The notes under the pieces: generated by a model | The model's database searches: none | What the model saw: only the letters and a program-made list of their open reading frames with translations | Told to the model about the DNA's origin: nothing | Shown: positions 13,088 through 29,718 of the stretch, one piece after another | How the letters are laid out: every line of letters starts with the position of its first letter | Numbering within the stretch: position 1 is the stretch's first letter | Assembly: GCF_009914755.1 (NCBI RefSeq) | Contig: NC_060940.1 | Length of the DNA stretch: 64,000 bases | Origin: the human T2T-CHM13v2.0 reference genome, Homo sapiens | Direction: 5' to 3' (one strand) | Position numbers and translations under genes: made by a program

Positions 13088-15858
13088 CTGTAGTATAATC
13101 TGCACATCAAAGTTACCTAACAATAGTACAAAGAAAGAAAATTAAAGGTATATCTCTTTCAAAAATATAAACCCCAAAATTGTTAGGAAATTGTAGTGAG
13201 TATAAAAGATAATTCATTATAATAAACATCTCAAGCTTCACAGAATTCTGACCTTTGCTACACTCTCATCCACAATCTTTTCTCCTAGTAAATGGCAGCT
13301 CCTTCTGTTAAGTTGCTGAGGCTTCTTATTGCTTTTTTCTTCAAATAACAGTCAGAACTGAACAACTGTAATCATCCTAGTCCATACAATTGTTATATTT
13401 TCATTTAAAGAAGATCAATGTGTGATTCTTTTTTTATATATTTCTGGACAATTCTTTATATTTTAATAGTAGTCAGAATTTGATCAGGAAAACAGAAGAC
13501 ATCCTATGTATTATAATGATAAAAGTTTAATATTAATTAGGGCCTTATGCTATTATTGGAAGAGCTTGGTGAATAGATATTAGAAAAGCAGCTAGACAAA
13601 ATCAGAAGAGGTCTATTTTATATCAGAGATCTTAGCCTGACAGTCTAGAGTGTGGGCACAGAACCCAAGCTTATAGGAATTTCTGAAAGGTCTGTAAATC
13701 TTATCCAGATGGACAGTGGGAGCTCATAAAGGATTCTGCAAGCCATCACATCTGTCAAACCTGCTATGTCTAATCCTTAAGCCTGCTTTATTTGAAGACC
13801 TCCTCTTCACTCCTCATTTCCAGCTCTCATGAGTTTCTTTCATAGGCAAACCCAGACCTGGAACAATGTGCCTGAAGACTTCGGGTGACACAGTACCCAG
13901 ACTTAAATAGGAGGGGAGCCATGGTGGAAGTGGCCATCCAGCACAATTTTCTTGGTCTTTACTCATAGTTTTGATTCCTTAAAAAAATTAACCACATTAA
14001 AATATGTGTTTCATAATCTACATCTAATAATACAAATATTTAAAGTCTTTTCAAGTTTGAATACGCTACCCATGTTGCTGCTACCCCCATTTTGTGTGTG
14101 TGATTTTTGTGTGTGTGTTAGAAGCTCATGACCTTTGAAACCTGCTCTTATGAGCTTGCTTTGATGATTTATTTGTCCAGAGAGGATTTTTTTTCCTACC
14201 TAGCATTTTGGACTGCTATCAACCTGAGACCACTTTGAATTAAATTCTCAGCTTGCAAATTTGGAAGCCACACAGATTGTGTGAGTTCAGGCTGAAACCT
14301 GTTTGAGAGCTGGATTCTGGCTATAAACTCCACAGGGAACATTTTCTCTCTCCACTCAGAGCTGAGACCATAGGGAAATTTATTTGCTAGCTCACTTTGA
14401 AGGTTTATTTTATTTATTTTTTAAATTTCTAGTACACGTGCTCACTGAAGGTGTAATACTTATGTGAGAATCTCAAAATCAGTTGTGTTCTTTGTATGAC
14501 CCTGGTTTTGTTTCCTCCTGCTCTCTTACTTTCAGTGTGTCTCAGTATGTCTGCTCAATATGTCATCTTAAATTTCAACTGAGGGTGGATCTTCTTCCCA
14601 GCTCACTCACATGGTTCTTAGCTAGATTCAGTTTCTCTCCATTTGTAGGACTGAGGACCTCAGTTCTTCACTTAGGGTTGGCTACAGGTAATCATCAATT
14701 TCTTGTAACAGGACTTACACTGGGCCACTGACAGCATGCCAGTTGGCTTCATTCAAATGAGAGGGCAAGAGAGAGAGAGAGAGGGAGAGGGCACAAGAAG
14801 AAATTCACAGTATCTTATAATCTAATCTCAGAAGTGGCATCTCATTTCTTTTGTTCTATTCTATTCAATAGAAACAAGTACCTGGGACCAGCTTACACTA
14901 TAGGAAAGAGATTATATAAGGGTATAAATACCAAGAGGTAGAGATCATCAAGAGCCATTCTGGTAGCAGCCACAATATCTTATCCAGAATATTTCTTATT
15001 CAGGCCTTCAAATGTGCTGTCTTTTCTGGTCTAATGGAAATGAACCTTCCTTCCATAATATTTCTTCTCCTAAATTGTACTCTGGCTCTCTTATCATATA
15101 CAAACGTCTATGTTAGGTATTTGTGTCTGTCTTGATTCTTGGTAGGCTTTTAAACTCTGTGAATGTTGGACTGTGATGTAGACATCATTTCACCGCACAC
15201 TCTGTAACCACCAAACCTTAGCAGCTTATTCAGTAAGCACATACTTGGCTCTTAATGAGTATTGCTTAAATTGATGAATTGAATTAGTATTTTACCTTCT
15301 CTGTTGCTTAGCTAAGCAGAAGAATTTGTCATTTTTTTAATTTAGTGACTGGTTCTATTAAAAGTTACCTTTGTCTATATCATTTTGTTATACTAAAGCA
15401 CAAATGTATAAGGTCAAAAAACATTCTCAAGATTTTGTTTAAACCACAGCCCTCAGTTGTGTATATTTATCTCTTGTTTTCATATGCAAGATTTCTCCTG
15501 AAATGGGCAAGAATTACAAGAGTTTTTTTCCTCTTCTGAACTAAGAAAATAAATATTTAATTCACAAGTTTAGAAAAGTGAACCTGAAAAATCACAGGGC
15601 TAGGTGGGTTATGAGGCCCACTGGTACATGATAGTGTTGAATGTGGATTAGAATGAACTCCGTGGATTAGAATCTCAGACCATAGGCAAACATTTACTTG
15701 TTTTAGAATAAGCACATTTGAGTCTGCAATAAGTATTACTATTTTTAAGTTGAAAATGTAATTGGTTTCTAATAATAACCATATTGGCTAGCATTATTTC
15801 AATCGTGTTTAATGTTTTCCAATGTCATTTCACGTCAGATATCTCTCTTGATTCCTAG

Positions 15859-15963
15859 TAACAATTTGGACAAGACAGCAAATGCTATTGTCCAAGTTTT
15901 CTAAAGAAGAATCTGAAGTGAAATGACATCAAGAGACCTATCAAGACCTGTATCCAGGAAAAG
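15859..15963 (+). ncRNA. Putative lncRNA exon (105 nt)
   Basis: Acceptor CTCTTGATTCCTAG|TAA, donor AAAG|GTAAAT; length agrees with recalled paralog exon. Confidence 0.6.
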
Positions 15964-17255
15964 GTAAATCTGAGCTGAAATTGTAGCCCTTGTAAATTAC
16001 CTACGTGACATACCAGATAGTGTTCATGATCCATTTAGTACTCTGTTCTAAAAATGAGACAATATCCATTTATTCACTTGTTCATTTATTTAGTGTTTGT
16101 TCAGCCCTTACTGCATATTCCAGGCACTATTCTGACTGTGGCAGGAGTGAACAAACAGGCATGGTTCTTACTTGCATGTAATTACAGTCTTATAGTGAAA
16201 ACAAGTGTTAAACAACAAAATCTCCCAATTATTTTAAAATTATAAACTTGATTCGATACTATGTGGCCATATAATTGTTCCTAATTTGGTTGGAGAAGGG
16301 AGGCAGTTAGGGAAGCCTTCCCTGAGTTAGTGCCATTTAACCTGAATTATGATAGATGATAAGTAATTTGTCAGGGGAAAAATACTCCAGGAATAAAGAA
16401 CAGGTACAAAGGTCAGGTTCTGGGAAGAGCTTGTCTTGGTCCAGGAGCTAAAAAATGTTAGAGTGGCTGGATCTGGGCAAGAGACAAAGAGTTATTAAAT
16501 GAGGCAGCAGGCTTCAGCAGGTGCCACATTGCTCAGGGCCTTGTAGGCCATGCTAAGGATTTGGGATGTTAATGTCAGTACAAACAATTGAGTCGTAAGC
16601 AGAAAGTAAAAGCATGATTCCATCAAATGTTATTCTCTAAACAGTAATTTTATAAATACAGGTTAAATGTGTGTGGTCCCAGCTACTCAGGAGGTCCCAG
16701 CTACTCAGTATTCCTTTTCAACAAATATTAGGTGCCTACTATTAGCCAGGTACAGCCCTTAGCTACTTTGAATGAAGCATATATTACAAACTGGCAGAAT
16801 TTCTTAAACAAAGAATCTAAAGTTGTTTATACACCATAATCTCGGTATTTTATAAATTTCTTGAAATTATTTTTATGTACACTGCTTTGCAGAATTTTAA
16901 CTGGCTTTGAAATAAACAATGACAATAGTCCTCCATGTTACTAGTTTCAAATTTTCCCAATACCTACTAAGACATTACTTAATCCACAGATTTACTGTCA
17001 ATAGTTTGTATCAAATTGTGATAACATATTTGAAATTAATATTTCATATTAAAGCAAAATCACAAATTTATACTTTATATTATGAATGAGATTCACAAAA
17101 GGAGCATGATAACATATTCTGTTGTCATCGCATACAAAATAATAACATATAGAGTATGAATCAATAATTTTTCAAATACAAAGCTATTACAATTAGGAAT
17201 ACAAAGAAATCATAATTAGGAATACTTCTACAATATTAACACACAATAGTGGTAA

Positions 17256-17585
<330 letters not shown>

Positions 17586-17719
17586 AGTGGTGGGTCTCAT
17601 ATCTCAATGTGGACTTTTACTAACTCCCAATGCCTCAGTTTCCTCATCAGTTGAAAGGAATGAATGAAAGATATGTGTTTTTCATATTACCAGGTAGATG
17701 ATAAGGAGATTTTAATTTT

Positions 17720-18575
17720 CTTTTTTTTTAACTTTTATTTTAAGTTTAGGGGCATTTGTTACATAGGTAGACTGGTGTCACAGGGGGTTATTGTACAGAT
17801 CATTTCATCACCCAGGTATTGAACCTAGTACCCAATAGTTATCTTTTCTGTTTCTCTTCCTTTTCTCACCCTCCACCCTCAAGTAGACCCCAGTGTCTGT
17901 TTTATTCTTTGTGTTCATGAGTTCTCATCATTTAGCTCCCACTTATAACTGAGAGTATGCTGTATTTGGTTTTCTGTTCCTGCATTAGTTTGCTAAGGAT
18001 AATAGAAGGTCCATCCATATTCCAGCAAAAGACATGATATCATTTTTTAATGGCGGCATAGTATTCCATGGTGTATATGTACCACATTTTCTTTATCCAA
18101 TCTGTCATTGATGGGCATTTAGGTTGATCCCATACTTTTGCTATTGTGAACAGTGCTGCAATGAACATTTGTATGCATGTGTCTTTATGGTAGAATGGTT
18201 TATATTCATCTGGGTATATACCCAGTAGTGGGATTACTGGGTCGAATGGTAGCTCTGCTTTTAGCTCTTTGAGGAATCACTTTCCTTGCACAATGATTGA
18301 ACTGATTTGCACACCCAACAACAGTGTATAAGCATTCCCTTTTCTCCATAGCCTCACTAGCATCTGTTATTTTTTGACTTTTTAATGATAGCTATTCTGA
18401 CTGGTGTGAGATGGTATCTCATTATGGTTTTGATTTGCATTTCTCTAATGATCAGTGATGTTGAACTTTTTTTTTGTATGTTTGTTGGCTGCATGCATGT
18501 ATTCTTTTGAAAAGTGTCTGTTCATTCCCTTTGCCCAATTTTAATGGGGTTGATTGTTTTTCTTTTGTAAATTTC
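17720..18575 (-). mobile_element. L1PA (older subfamily) 3' end fragment
   Basis: L1 3'UTR/ORF2-end text: CATTTAGCTCCCACTTATAACTGAGA, GTATTCCATGGTGTATATGTACCACATTTTC, GGTGTGAGATGGTATCTCATT. Confidence 0.9.
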
Positions 18576-18652
18576 TTTACATTTGAAATGTTTTTATTAT
18601 TAAGTTGAGCTGCCTCATTCTTAGTATGGTTTTTCACTTTAAAAAGCATAAA

Positions 18653-18829
18653 GGTGGACATGGTGGCATATGCTAGTAATCCCAACTACTGGGGAGACTA
18701 ATACAGGAGGGTTGCTTGAGCCCAGGAGTTCAAGGCTATAATGTGCTATGATCATGACTGTGAACAACCACTGTACTGCAGCCTGGGCAGAGTGACATAG
18801 TGAAACCATATCTCTAAAAAAAGAGAAAA
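18653..18829 (+). mobile_element. Alu monomer (FRAM/FAM-like)
   Basis: GTAATCCCAACTACT..GCTTGAGCCCAGGAGTTCAAGGC..CAGCCTGGGC. Confidence 0.75.
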
Positions 18830-19045
18830 TGTAATTTAAATATTTAAATACATATGTATATGTGTGTATATATGTATATATATTGCATATATCAAAAATG
18901 GTTTGTAGTTTCCATTCACAGCACATAGTAAAATGTCTTAACCTCCTCCCTCCTCCCTATGTGTGTTTTTCTAAGTGTGTGTCTTTTTTACCTTAATTTT
19001 TCTCTTAGTGTCTCATAGTCTTCTTAGGTCTCCCTCTTTCTTCTG

Positions 19046-19050
<5 letters not shown>

Positions 19051-19102
<52 letters not shown>

Positions 19103-19110
19103 TACACACA
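19051..19110. repeat. (CA)n microsatellite
   Basis: Direct observation. Confidence 0.97.
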
Positions 19111-20113
19111 TGTACCTTGAAAAATAGCTTTTCTTTTTCTTAAAACTTCCCAAAGCTTTCATAAAATTAGCCCTCAAGCACTCTTACGTATCTCATCCAC
19201 TCTTCTTCCTCTCTCCCTTTCCTGAAGCCATTTGTAACTTACTCTATTACACTAGGAAGGGGAAGCAAATATTCATATTATTTTCTTGTTATATCCTTAG
19301 CCTTACTAGACCTTTGTGGTTTCTATGGATGAGGGACATAATATTTATTAATTTATTCTAAACTTCAGTCACTCATAATATACCCTTTTATTCCTCCTTC
19401 TTCTGTGATATTGGGAGTGTATAGTTGTCATTGTGACAAACCCTTTGCTGTCAGTATCTATAGTGGATGGGGAGAAAAGGAGAGCTTTGCCAATCATCGT
19501 CTCCAGTGCATTTCCCACTGTCAGTGTCATTGTCTAATGCTGTTTGCATCCACACAGCCTAAGGGAACCGTTCAAGTGAGTGACTCCCTCCCTTCACTTC
19601 AGCCCATCACTTGAGCATTTCTCTCCCTTGAAAAAAGACAAGTGGTGCTTCTAAGACTTGAGTAATTCTGAATTTAATTGAGGACTAGATGTTCCTGTTT
19701 TATATCCTACAGGGCTGGCATCTCTAATGCTGAAAGTACAACAAAGTGCAGTGGTAGTCACTGAGTGTTCAGCCATGCTGGGTCATCAAAATAAAAGGAG
19801 ATCGTCTTCCCATTCCTATCAATGGCCTAATCTCTACCAGATATATAACTGGAAAAACAATGCATTTGCTTAAACATCCACAGTGAGCCACACTTGTTCG
19901 GTGTTGTGGGGAAATGACGCAGAAACATCCTTGTTTATTAAGGATCCAATATTGATAGGCTGAGGCATATTTTTCCTCCCAAGTCTGCACATGGTCATGC
20001 ATTAAATATTAATGAGCATCTTCTCTCTATCAGGCTTTGGGGGATATGTTCACCTCTTGGGAGGTGAACATGATAGATAAGATCCTTTCTCTCATGTAGC
20101 ATTCTCTCCATTC

Positions 20114-20348
20114 TTTTTTTTTTTTTTTTTTTGATAGTGACTAGCTCTGTCACCTAGGCTAGAGTGCAGTGGTGCAAACATGACTCACTGCAGCCTTGAC
20201 CTCATGGACTCAAGTGATCCTCAAGTGATCCTCTTGCCTCCACAACATCCAGCTAACTTTTAAAAAAATTTTTGAAGAGAAGGTTTTGCCATGTTGCCTC
20301 AGCCTCCTGAAGTGGTGGGATTACAGGTGTGAGCCACTGCACCTGGCC
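20114..20348 (-). mobile_element. AluJ-like element with internal deletions
   Basis: Poly-T, CTCTGTCACCTAGGCTAGAGTGCAGTGG..GAGCCACTGCACCTGGCC. Confidence 0.8.
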
Positions 20349-20909
20349 ACGTTTTCTTTCCATTCTTATGGAAGGCAGTAGTCAACAAAACAGTTAATCA
20401 ATTGAGAATATATTAGGTTGTTATAGGAACCATGAAAAAATAAAATAGAGTGTGTAAAGAAGGCTTGATGGCCAGGAAGCTTTTACAGGGAAGTGACATT
20501 GGAACTGAGACCAAATACTTAAAGAAGGCAGTTCTTTGAAGAGTTGATGGGAAAGTATTCCAAGAAGTGGGAATGGCAAGGGGAAAGGACTTAAGATGTA
20601 ACCTCAGAATGATTAAGGAGGAGCATGGTACAAGAGGATGTCAGAAACATAGCCAGGAAAGAGAGCTATGCTTAAGTATTAGGATTTTATTCTTTGCAAA
20701 GGAAAAGCCCATTGAAGCTTTAAAGCAAGGCCCTAAGAGTTAACATAATTTTTTTAAGGTACCTTAAAAATTTTGCTGAATGAAGAATTCATTGAAGTGA
20801 GTCAGGAATGTATGATTTTGGACAACTGACACAATGCCTGAGGCATAGTTTCTTCATATGGAAATTGGAGACAATGATCATATCTACCTTAGCAGATTAT
20901 ATAATGAAT

Positions 20910-21210
20910 TATTTTCCTAGGGCTCCTGTAATAAGGTACCACAAACTGGGTAACTTAAGCAACAGAGATTTATTGCCTCACAATTCTAGAGGTGAGAAGT
21001 CCAGATCAAGAAGCTGGCAGGGCTAGGCTGCCTGAAAAGGTGCTAAGGAAGGAACTCTTCCAGTCCTCTTTCTCTCCTTCCAGTAGTTCCTTGGCTTGTG
21101 ACAGCACAGTGTCAATTCTCATATGGCATCCTCCCCGTGTGCCTCTCTCTATGTCCAAATCTCCCTTTTATTTAAGGACAGAGTCACAGTGGATTAGAAC
21201 ATCCCCATAA
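20910..21210. mobile_element. MLT1-type LTR fragment
   Basis: TTTTCCTAGGGCTCCTGTAATAAGGTACCACAAACTGGG..AGAAGTCCAGATCAAG. Confidence 0.65.
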
Positions 21211-24200
21211 CATGAAGATTGCATGAAATTATATACATAAATAACTCAACAACATAGCTTCCAAATAGAAAACACTCAGCCTTTGTCATCTCATCATTAT
21301 TTGTTTACACCTTTGTATTATTGGTATAGCTCTAGTCTTTTGAAAGGTGCAGTTACTCATCTTTGTGTTTTCCACTCCTTTATAGCTAAGTGTAAGGTGC
21401 TTTTGCAAAATCCAGTACTGCATATTTGAGAAATGCTTTTTATTCCTACACATACTGCATATACTGTTACACAATTCGATTTTGTAGGTCTAATGAAGTT
21501 GGTCTTTCTATGAGTTCCTATGGCTAAAAATAGTCACAATTGTGTACTCCAGTAAATTGTTAGAATGAAGGAAAATAGTTTGAGTGAAATTATCAATCTG
21601 GTTTTTCTGACTTCAGCTGTGTGTCATGTTTGGTTAGTCAGAGAAACATCTAATGTGAGGCCCCTGGAGGACAGCTGATAAGTAAGCATACCAAGTAGAA
21701 TGGCTACTGGAAAAAGTGTGCCAGCTAGAGAGAGAGAGAAAAGAGAGAGTTAATTTACCATTTGCTCAAGTAAGGAATGATCCACAAATTCAACAAAATC
21801 TAAGTAGTCTTAAAGGACATGTCATTGACAGATTTATCTTCTAGTCTCCCACTTTGTCTAATACTGCTTCAAAACAAAGCAATTTACTGAACCCAGTGGT
21901 CTCATTATTCTGGAGGTTTATAAGTTTAAAAATACCTGGAGTTTTGGGAGCAGCAATAGCACTGAAGTGGGATATTAGTAGTGATGCGTGTGTTTACAGC
22001 ACCTGTGAACACACAGAGACTGAAGCTTGAAGGCTGATGACCCTGAGTTAGGGGAAAAGATAAAACTTTTTATTAGATTTTTTTAATGTCGAGAAGAAAA
22101 TTATTTATCTCCATATTTCCTGAATATTATCCTCTTACAATTATGTCAATGATTCTCACCCCAGTTATATATTAAAATTACCTGGAGATATATAAAAACT
22201 ATCAATGTTCTACTCTTCTACAGATTAAATCATCATCACTGAGGGTGGCCCTCCAGCAACCAGGTTTGAGAACCACTTTAGACCAGAATTTTTCTCTGTG
22301 CCATTCAGTAATGGCAATGATAACTGTAGGATATGCAAATTGCAGAAAGACAAGGGCAAATGATTTAACTTATCCCCAAACAGCTGAACTATCTTAAGCC
22401 TCATGGCTACTTTAGAGTGACCAAATCCATGTAGATGCCAGAAGTTGTGTCATACACCTATTTCAAGGGACACATAGAATTTACCTATATATACCTACCT
22501 CAAGGGTCATGTCAGTTTACTATTCCCCTAAACAACAGCTTAATAGTATAAACTGCTGAACTGCTGTCTGCCTAATATTTATTGTGGCTATACTTCTTCT
22601 TTTCTGTATTAAAGGCCACTGCTTTCCCAGCTTGCTCTTTGTTCTCCATCATCTGTTGTGGGTCACTTGTGCTTTCTGTTTTTAACACCCATGTTGCTGA
22701 AGTCATTTCTCCAATTCATGATCCATGAAACTACTTCAGCAGTGAAAATGGCACCCCTCAGGTTCAAGTCAACACTTTTATATTTCCCTCTAGGTCAAGA
22801 TCCAAGCTATGGAAGAAATCAGGATATGTCAATTTTCTAGAGCAGCCAAGTTTTCTAAAAGTCTACCTAGCCATGTAGTTATGTAGCCTCACTCTCACTT
22901 AAACAAAGAAAATTAAAAAGCACACCAGAAAATACTTTTCTTGTTAAAAACACATGTTTATTGTAGAAAATATAGTAAGGAAAAAGAAGAAAATATAAGG
23001 CAACTAGAATTTCTCTAGTTAGAGATAACTATTATTTATTTGAGTGTGTGTATATATCTATATATATATTGACATTCAGCTCTTATGTACTAGATACACA
23101 CATCTACTGTTTCATAAGCTTTTTTCACAGAATAGATTATAATCAGTTATGTTTGTTATCACCACAACATTTTCTTCTTGAAGACCTTCTGGAATGAGGC
23201 ATTTGCTTTTCTATCTAGAGACCCTATCCTTTCAAAAGGTCCTTTATCTGTGGAAAGAGCTATTCTGGCCACAGTTACTGCCAAGAAACAAGGTGTTAGA
23301 AAAGGCCTAAAGTTAAGTGCAGAACTGTTGTGTTTTGATGAATATTCCGTTGTTTTGAGAGGAGGTAGAAGCATTCTCAGCTTCAGGATATTTGCTCACT
23401 ACTCATTAGTCTCTCTGAGAAGTAGCAAACTTCAAAGGTTAAATATGAAGAGATGAATTGTGTAATGCCTAGATGTCAGTAGCGGAGAAGGTATCTGAGC
23501 AAATTCAGAATTTTATCCCTGTCTCCATGGGCCTAGTGTGAAGAACAGTCATTTGTGTAAGTGGGTCTTTGTGTATATGGTAGTGAATCAGGTCACTGAG
23601 TCAGAAACTTAGAGCTGTAAGGAAAGTGAGGTGCTCTCCAGTCCAGTGTTCTGGAATTTCTTCTGCAGTGGCCCCCAACAGCAGGTGGCAGCCTCGTCCA
23701 TGATTGTATTCTTAAGTGACATGGTATTACTCTTTCTATTTGCAATCTATTTCACTGATGGATAGTTCTAGAGATCTGAAATATTGAGATTTAGCTCAGT
23801 GTTGTTTATATGAAGATAAATTCCGCTTTCCAACAACTCTCTTGTATGTGTCTAATGTCTGCCGCATGGAATGTCACAGATTATGCTTCATACTTGTCTT
23901 CCTGAGTCTTCTTTATCCAGAACACCCTGAGTTTTTGAATGGTTGACATGCCAGCTGGCTTTCTGCAGATGTACTTCTCGCGTGTAAATTTCCTTCTCTG
24001 TGAGGTATTCATATTGAACATGACCTCCAAGTGTGTTTGGGTCTGTGCAGAAGACAATAGGACTGTGATTTCTGATGATTAAAACCTGGATTGTATGTTA
24101 CTGTGATCAGACCCTGAGACTGTGTTAGCAAGTTTTATAGCATCTGAGTCGCTCTGTTGGAGGAAAGTGCATGTGATGGGCATTTGCTTGCTTCCCCACC

Positions 24201-24462
24201 AGATTCTCTACCTTCACCCTTCCTGCAAGATTCCCTAGGAAGCTGACTTCTGCTGAATGCAACACTCAGGTTCTCTGCTTCCTAGATTCTAGTTGAGTTT
24301 GGTCCATGGGAGGCCTTGGCAGAAATTTTGAGAGTAAGAGCAAATAATTAATTAACCATTAGAAAAAAATAACATGAATGTGTCCTTCTATCCATGACCT
24401 CAGTTCCTGTTGGGGAGCCTCGGTGCCAATCCCTCGGTGCATCACCATTTCTAATTAGTTCC

Positions 24463-25203
<741 letters not shown>

Positions 25204-25326
25204 GTTCCCTTAACCCTGGAAAGAGATCCTTCATTAAACTCTTTCTGCTTAATCCTTTGAGAGTGCAACAATTTCCTGCTAGGACCCTGACAGATAGAGG
25301 GACCATACAGATCACTAAAATGCTGA

Positions 25327-25695
<369 letters not shown>

Positions 25696-26508
25696 AAACT
25701 TTAAAAAAAAAACCCAAATAGTACTTTGAACTTCACCCGCAGGGAGTTATTCAAATTGGTTGTCAGCCAGTTATTTCAGGTTGTTGAGATCATCTGGCTC
25801 TTGATTTTATTAATCATCTTAGCCTTCCCTTTCAACAATTTGCCGACTTTGTGCAAATTTTATTAATATGTGATCTCTGTCTTTATCCATGGAGAGGCAG
25901 TATAGTATCATAAGGAAAAATAGACTTTGGAGTAGGCAGAAATTAGGTTTGAATTACTAGCCACGAGGCTTTGGGAACATTACTTAAACTCTATAAGCTT
26001 CAATTTCTTTATCTATAAGGTAGGTATAAAACCTGAAAGTTTTGGCATGAGTTTAGTAAAACTGTCTGTGAAGCCTTTGTGGACTGCTTGGTCCATGTAG
26101 GCATTTGATAAACGGTGGCTTTATATAGAGGAGGGAAATGCAAGCTATCTCAAAAAGAAATCAGGGAAATAAGAATGCCATCTGAAATCTGTCATATGAG
26201 AATGAAAGGAGCATAGACAGGTTTTGAGTGTGGGGTGAGGAGTAGGGGAGGGGAGGAGATAAGTGAACTGCCCCTCAGACTTCCAGGGAGGAGAAAAATG
26301 ATGTCACTGGGAACTGCAGTCATTTGAAAAGATAGCAATCAAGCATCTCTTTCAGAGCCCTGTTCATCTTTCAGTGGCTTTGCTTCTCCAGATGCTTTTG
26401 CTCCTTCAATTATCTCTGCCTTCTCCCACCTCCTCTCCAACCATCTCTTCCCTTCCTTAATTCACAATTTTTCTCCCTCTTTTCAAGGCATAGTGCTTTG
26501 ATTTATAA

Positions 26509-26850
<342 letters not shown>

Positions 26851-26980
26851 TGCTTTCATATTTATTAATATATTATTTCCACTTTCCTAAGGATAGTTGT
26901 TGTTCAACCTTTACTAGCTTTTTTGTTGTTCATACTAATACATTTATTTTTATTGTGCTATAGCTATTTCCCACATGTGA

Positions 26981-27272
26981 TTTTTTTTTTTTTTTTTTTT
27001 TGAGATAGGATCTTGCTCTGTTGCTGAGGCTGGAGTGCAGTGATATGATCATGGCTTGCTGAAGCCCTGAACTCCTGAGGTTGGGTGATTCTCCCACCTT
27101 AGCCTCCCAAGTAGATGGGATTACAAGAAGTACCACTATACCTGGCTATTTAAAATTTTTTTTGGCGTGTGTGGAGATGGAGTCTCCCTATGTTGTCCAG
27201 GCTGGTTGCGAACTCCTGGTCTCAAGTGATCCTGCCACCTTGGCTTCCCAAAATGCTGGGATTACACATGTG
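26981..27272 (-). mobile_element. AluJ-like element
   Basis: Poly-T and diverged dimer. Confidence 0.88.
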
Positions 27273-27327
27273 TAATATTTTTATTGTCACTATTTTCCAC
27301 ATATTCTGGAAATTTTATTTGGATTTC

Positions 27328-27623
<296 letters not shown>

Positions 27624-29284
27624 TGAATTTCTTTTTGACATAGAATTATTTAAGAGAAAGCTTTTAAATTTCCATGCTGTAATTTCTAGTTTTGTTGTGT
27701 CATAATCAGAGAATATAATCTGTAGCATTTCTACATTCTCTACTTTGCTTAGATGTTTTTAGGGTGGGGTGTGTAATATGTACTGAATTTTGTAAACATT
27801 TTATGGACATACAAATTTCAGTGTTTACTTTTTCAGGCTATAGGCTTTGCTACATAATTTTTGTGTATTTTGTGGTCCTCATATAGATTTTTTAATTATC
27901 TTTTTGCTGTGATAGAGATTAGAAGGGTAAATTAATGTCTCATTTACCATCATTTTTCTTTCTGTATCTCTTTTCATTTCCTGATGCTTTGGTTTTATGA
28001 AATCTTTATGTATAAAAATTGTGCACACATATCTTTATGCACAGTGTTTTGGATTTTACCCTTCATAATGAGCTTTTTTCTCTCCTTTGAATTTGACCTG
28101 GCCTGGTGTTAACAGCCCAGGTGTAAAATTCCAGTGAGAAAGAAGTCTGATGAGGAGTCAGTAGGATCTTTGTGTTGCTGAGAACTGCTCAGTAACACGG
28201 ACAGCTCCCTGAACTCCAGGAAACATCCTGATTTAGTGTTTTGAGTATTGTGAAGCACAGTTAGAGCAGAAACATGGAGAATCACCTTAAATGGCAAATT
28301 GGCTTCTGGTCTTGCATAAGACTTCATTGAGGCCTAATGGGCTATGCAGGTCTACTGTCCAAAGTACAGAGGTTATTCCTAGTGTCTTTAATATTACTGT
28401 CCCTTTAGGCAAGATTATCCTTATGATAAGGGAGAGTGAATTAAGCTATTTTGGCTGAGGCATATTTTTATAAATTCATCCAATTAGCTTCCCTTGTTGT
28501 AGTTTTGGCTCACCAAACATTGTTCTCATTATAATTTAGCATCCCATATAATTTCATCTGCAGGGAGAGTCTGTACTAGGCATGGCGATGCTTACATGTC
28601 AGCCTGTGTGACTGCAAGAGTCTCAGTACAATTTGATAACATGGCACTCAGATTCTAGACATTATTCTCTGTGTGCTTAGTGAGTGTGATGACATAACCT
28701 TCAGAAAGATTCATCCTTTCTCACATATTGATAAATCAACTTTTACATCTACAAAGTTGAGAGTCAGAAATTAAAACCTTATTAATTCACTAAGGCATCC
28801 CTATGACGGCAGTCTTCCAACTAGCTCCATTCTGGGGCACTCTGACATCATTATACACTTTCCAATGAAAGCAGGGAGTGTATGTGATTAAAGGGAGAGC
28901 CCTGTGGCACTCCTGAAAAATCTCCCCTCCCAGTTCACATTGACTTATTAACCAACACTCATGATCATGTGAAACTCTAGAACTGGATCTGGGTGCCTGG
29001 CAGGATGACATGGTGTGAGGCTCAAGCAGCACTGTGGGAATTCAAGCATCTGTTTATTTCTGAGAGAAAAAGTGTAAAGCAAAATAATATCTTTTAACAA
29101 ACGTTTGTATTTGACTAAAGAGGAAGCAAGCACTTAATTTATGAATTTGCTAATTGCTCTTCTGAGCTGAGAATATCTGTGTTGGATATTAGTCATTATC
29201 CATATTTGGCACAGAATAATCCCGAGGGTTAAATGACATTGTTCCTACAGTGGGCACCTGAAGACTGGCTGTAAAAGCAATCCT

Positions 29285-29718
<434 letters not shown>
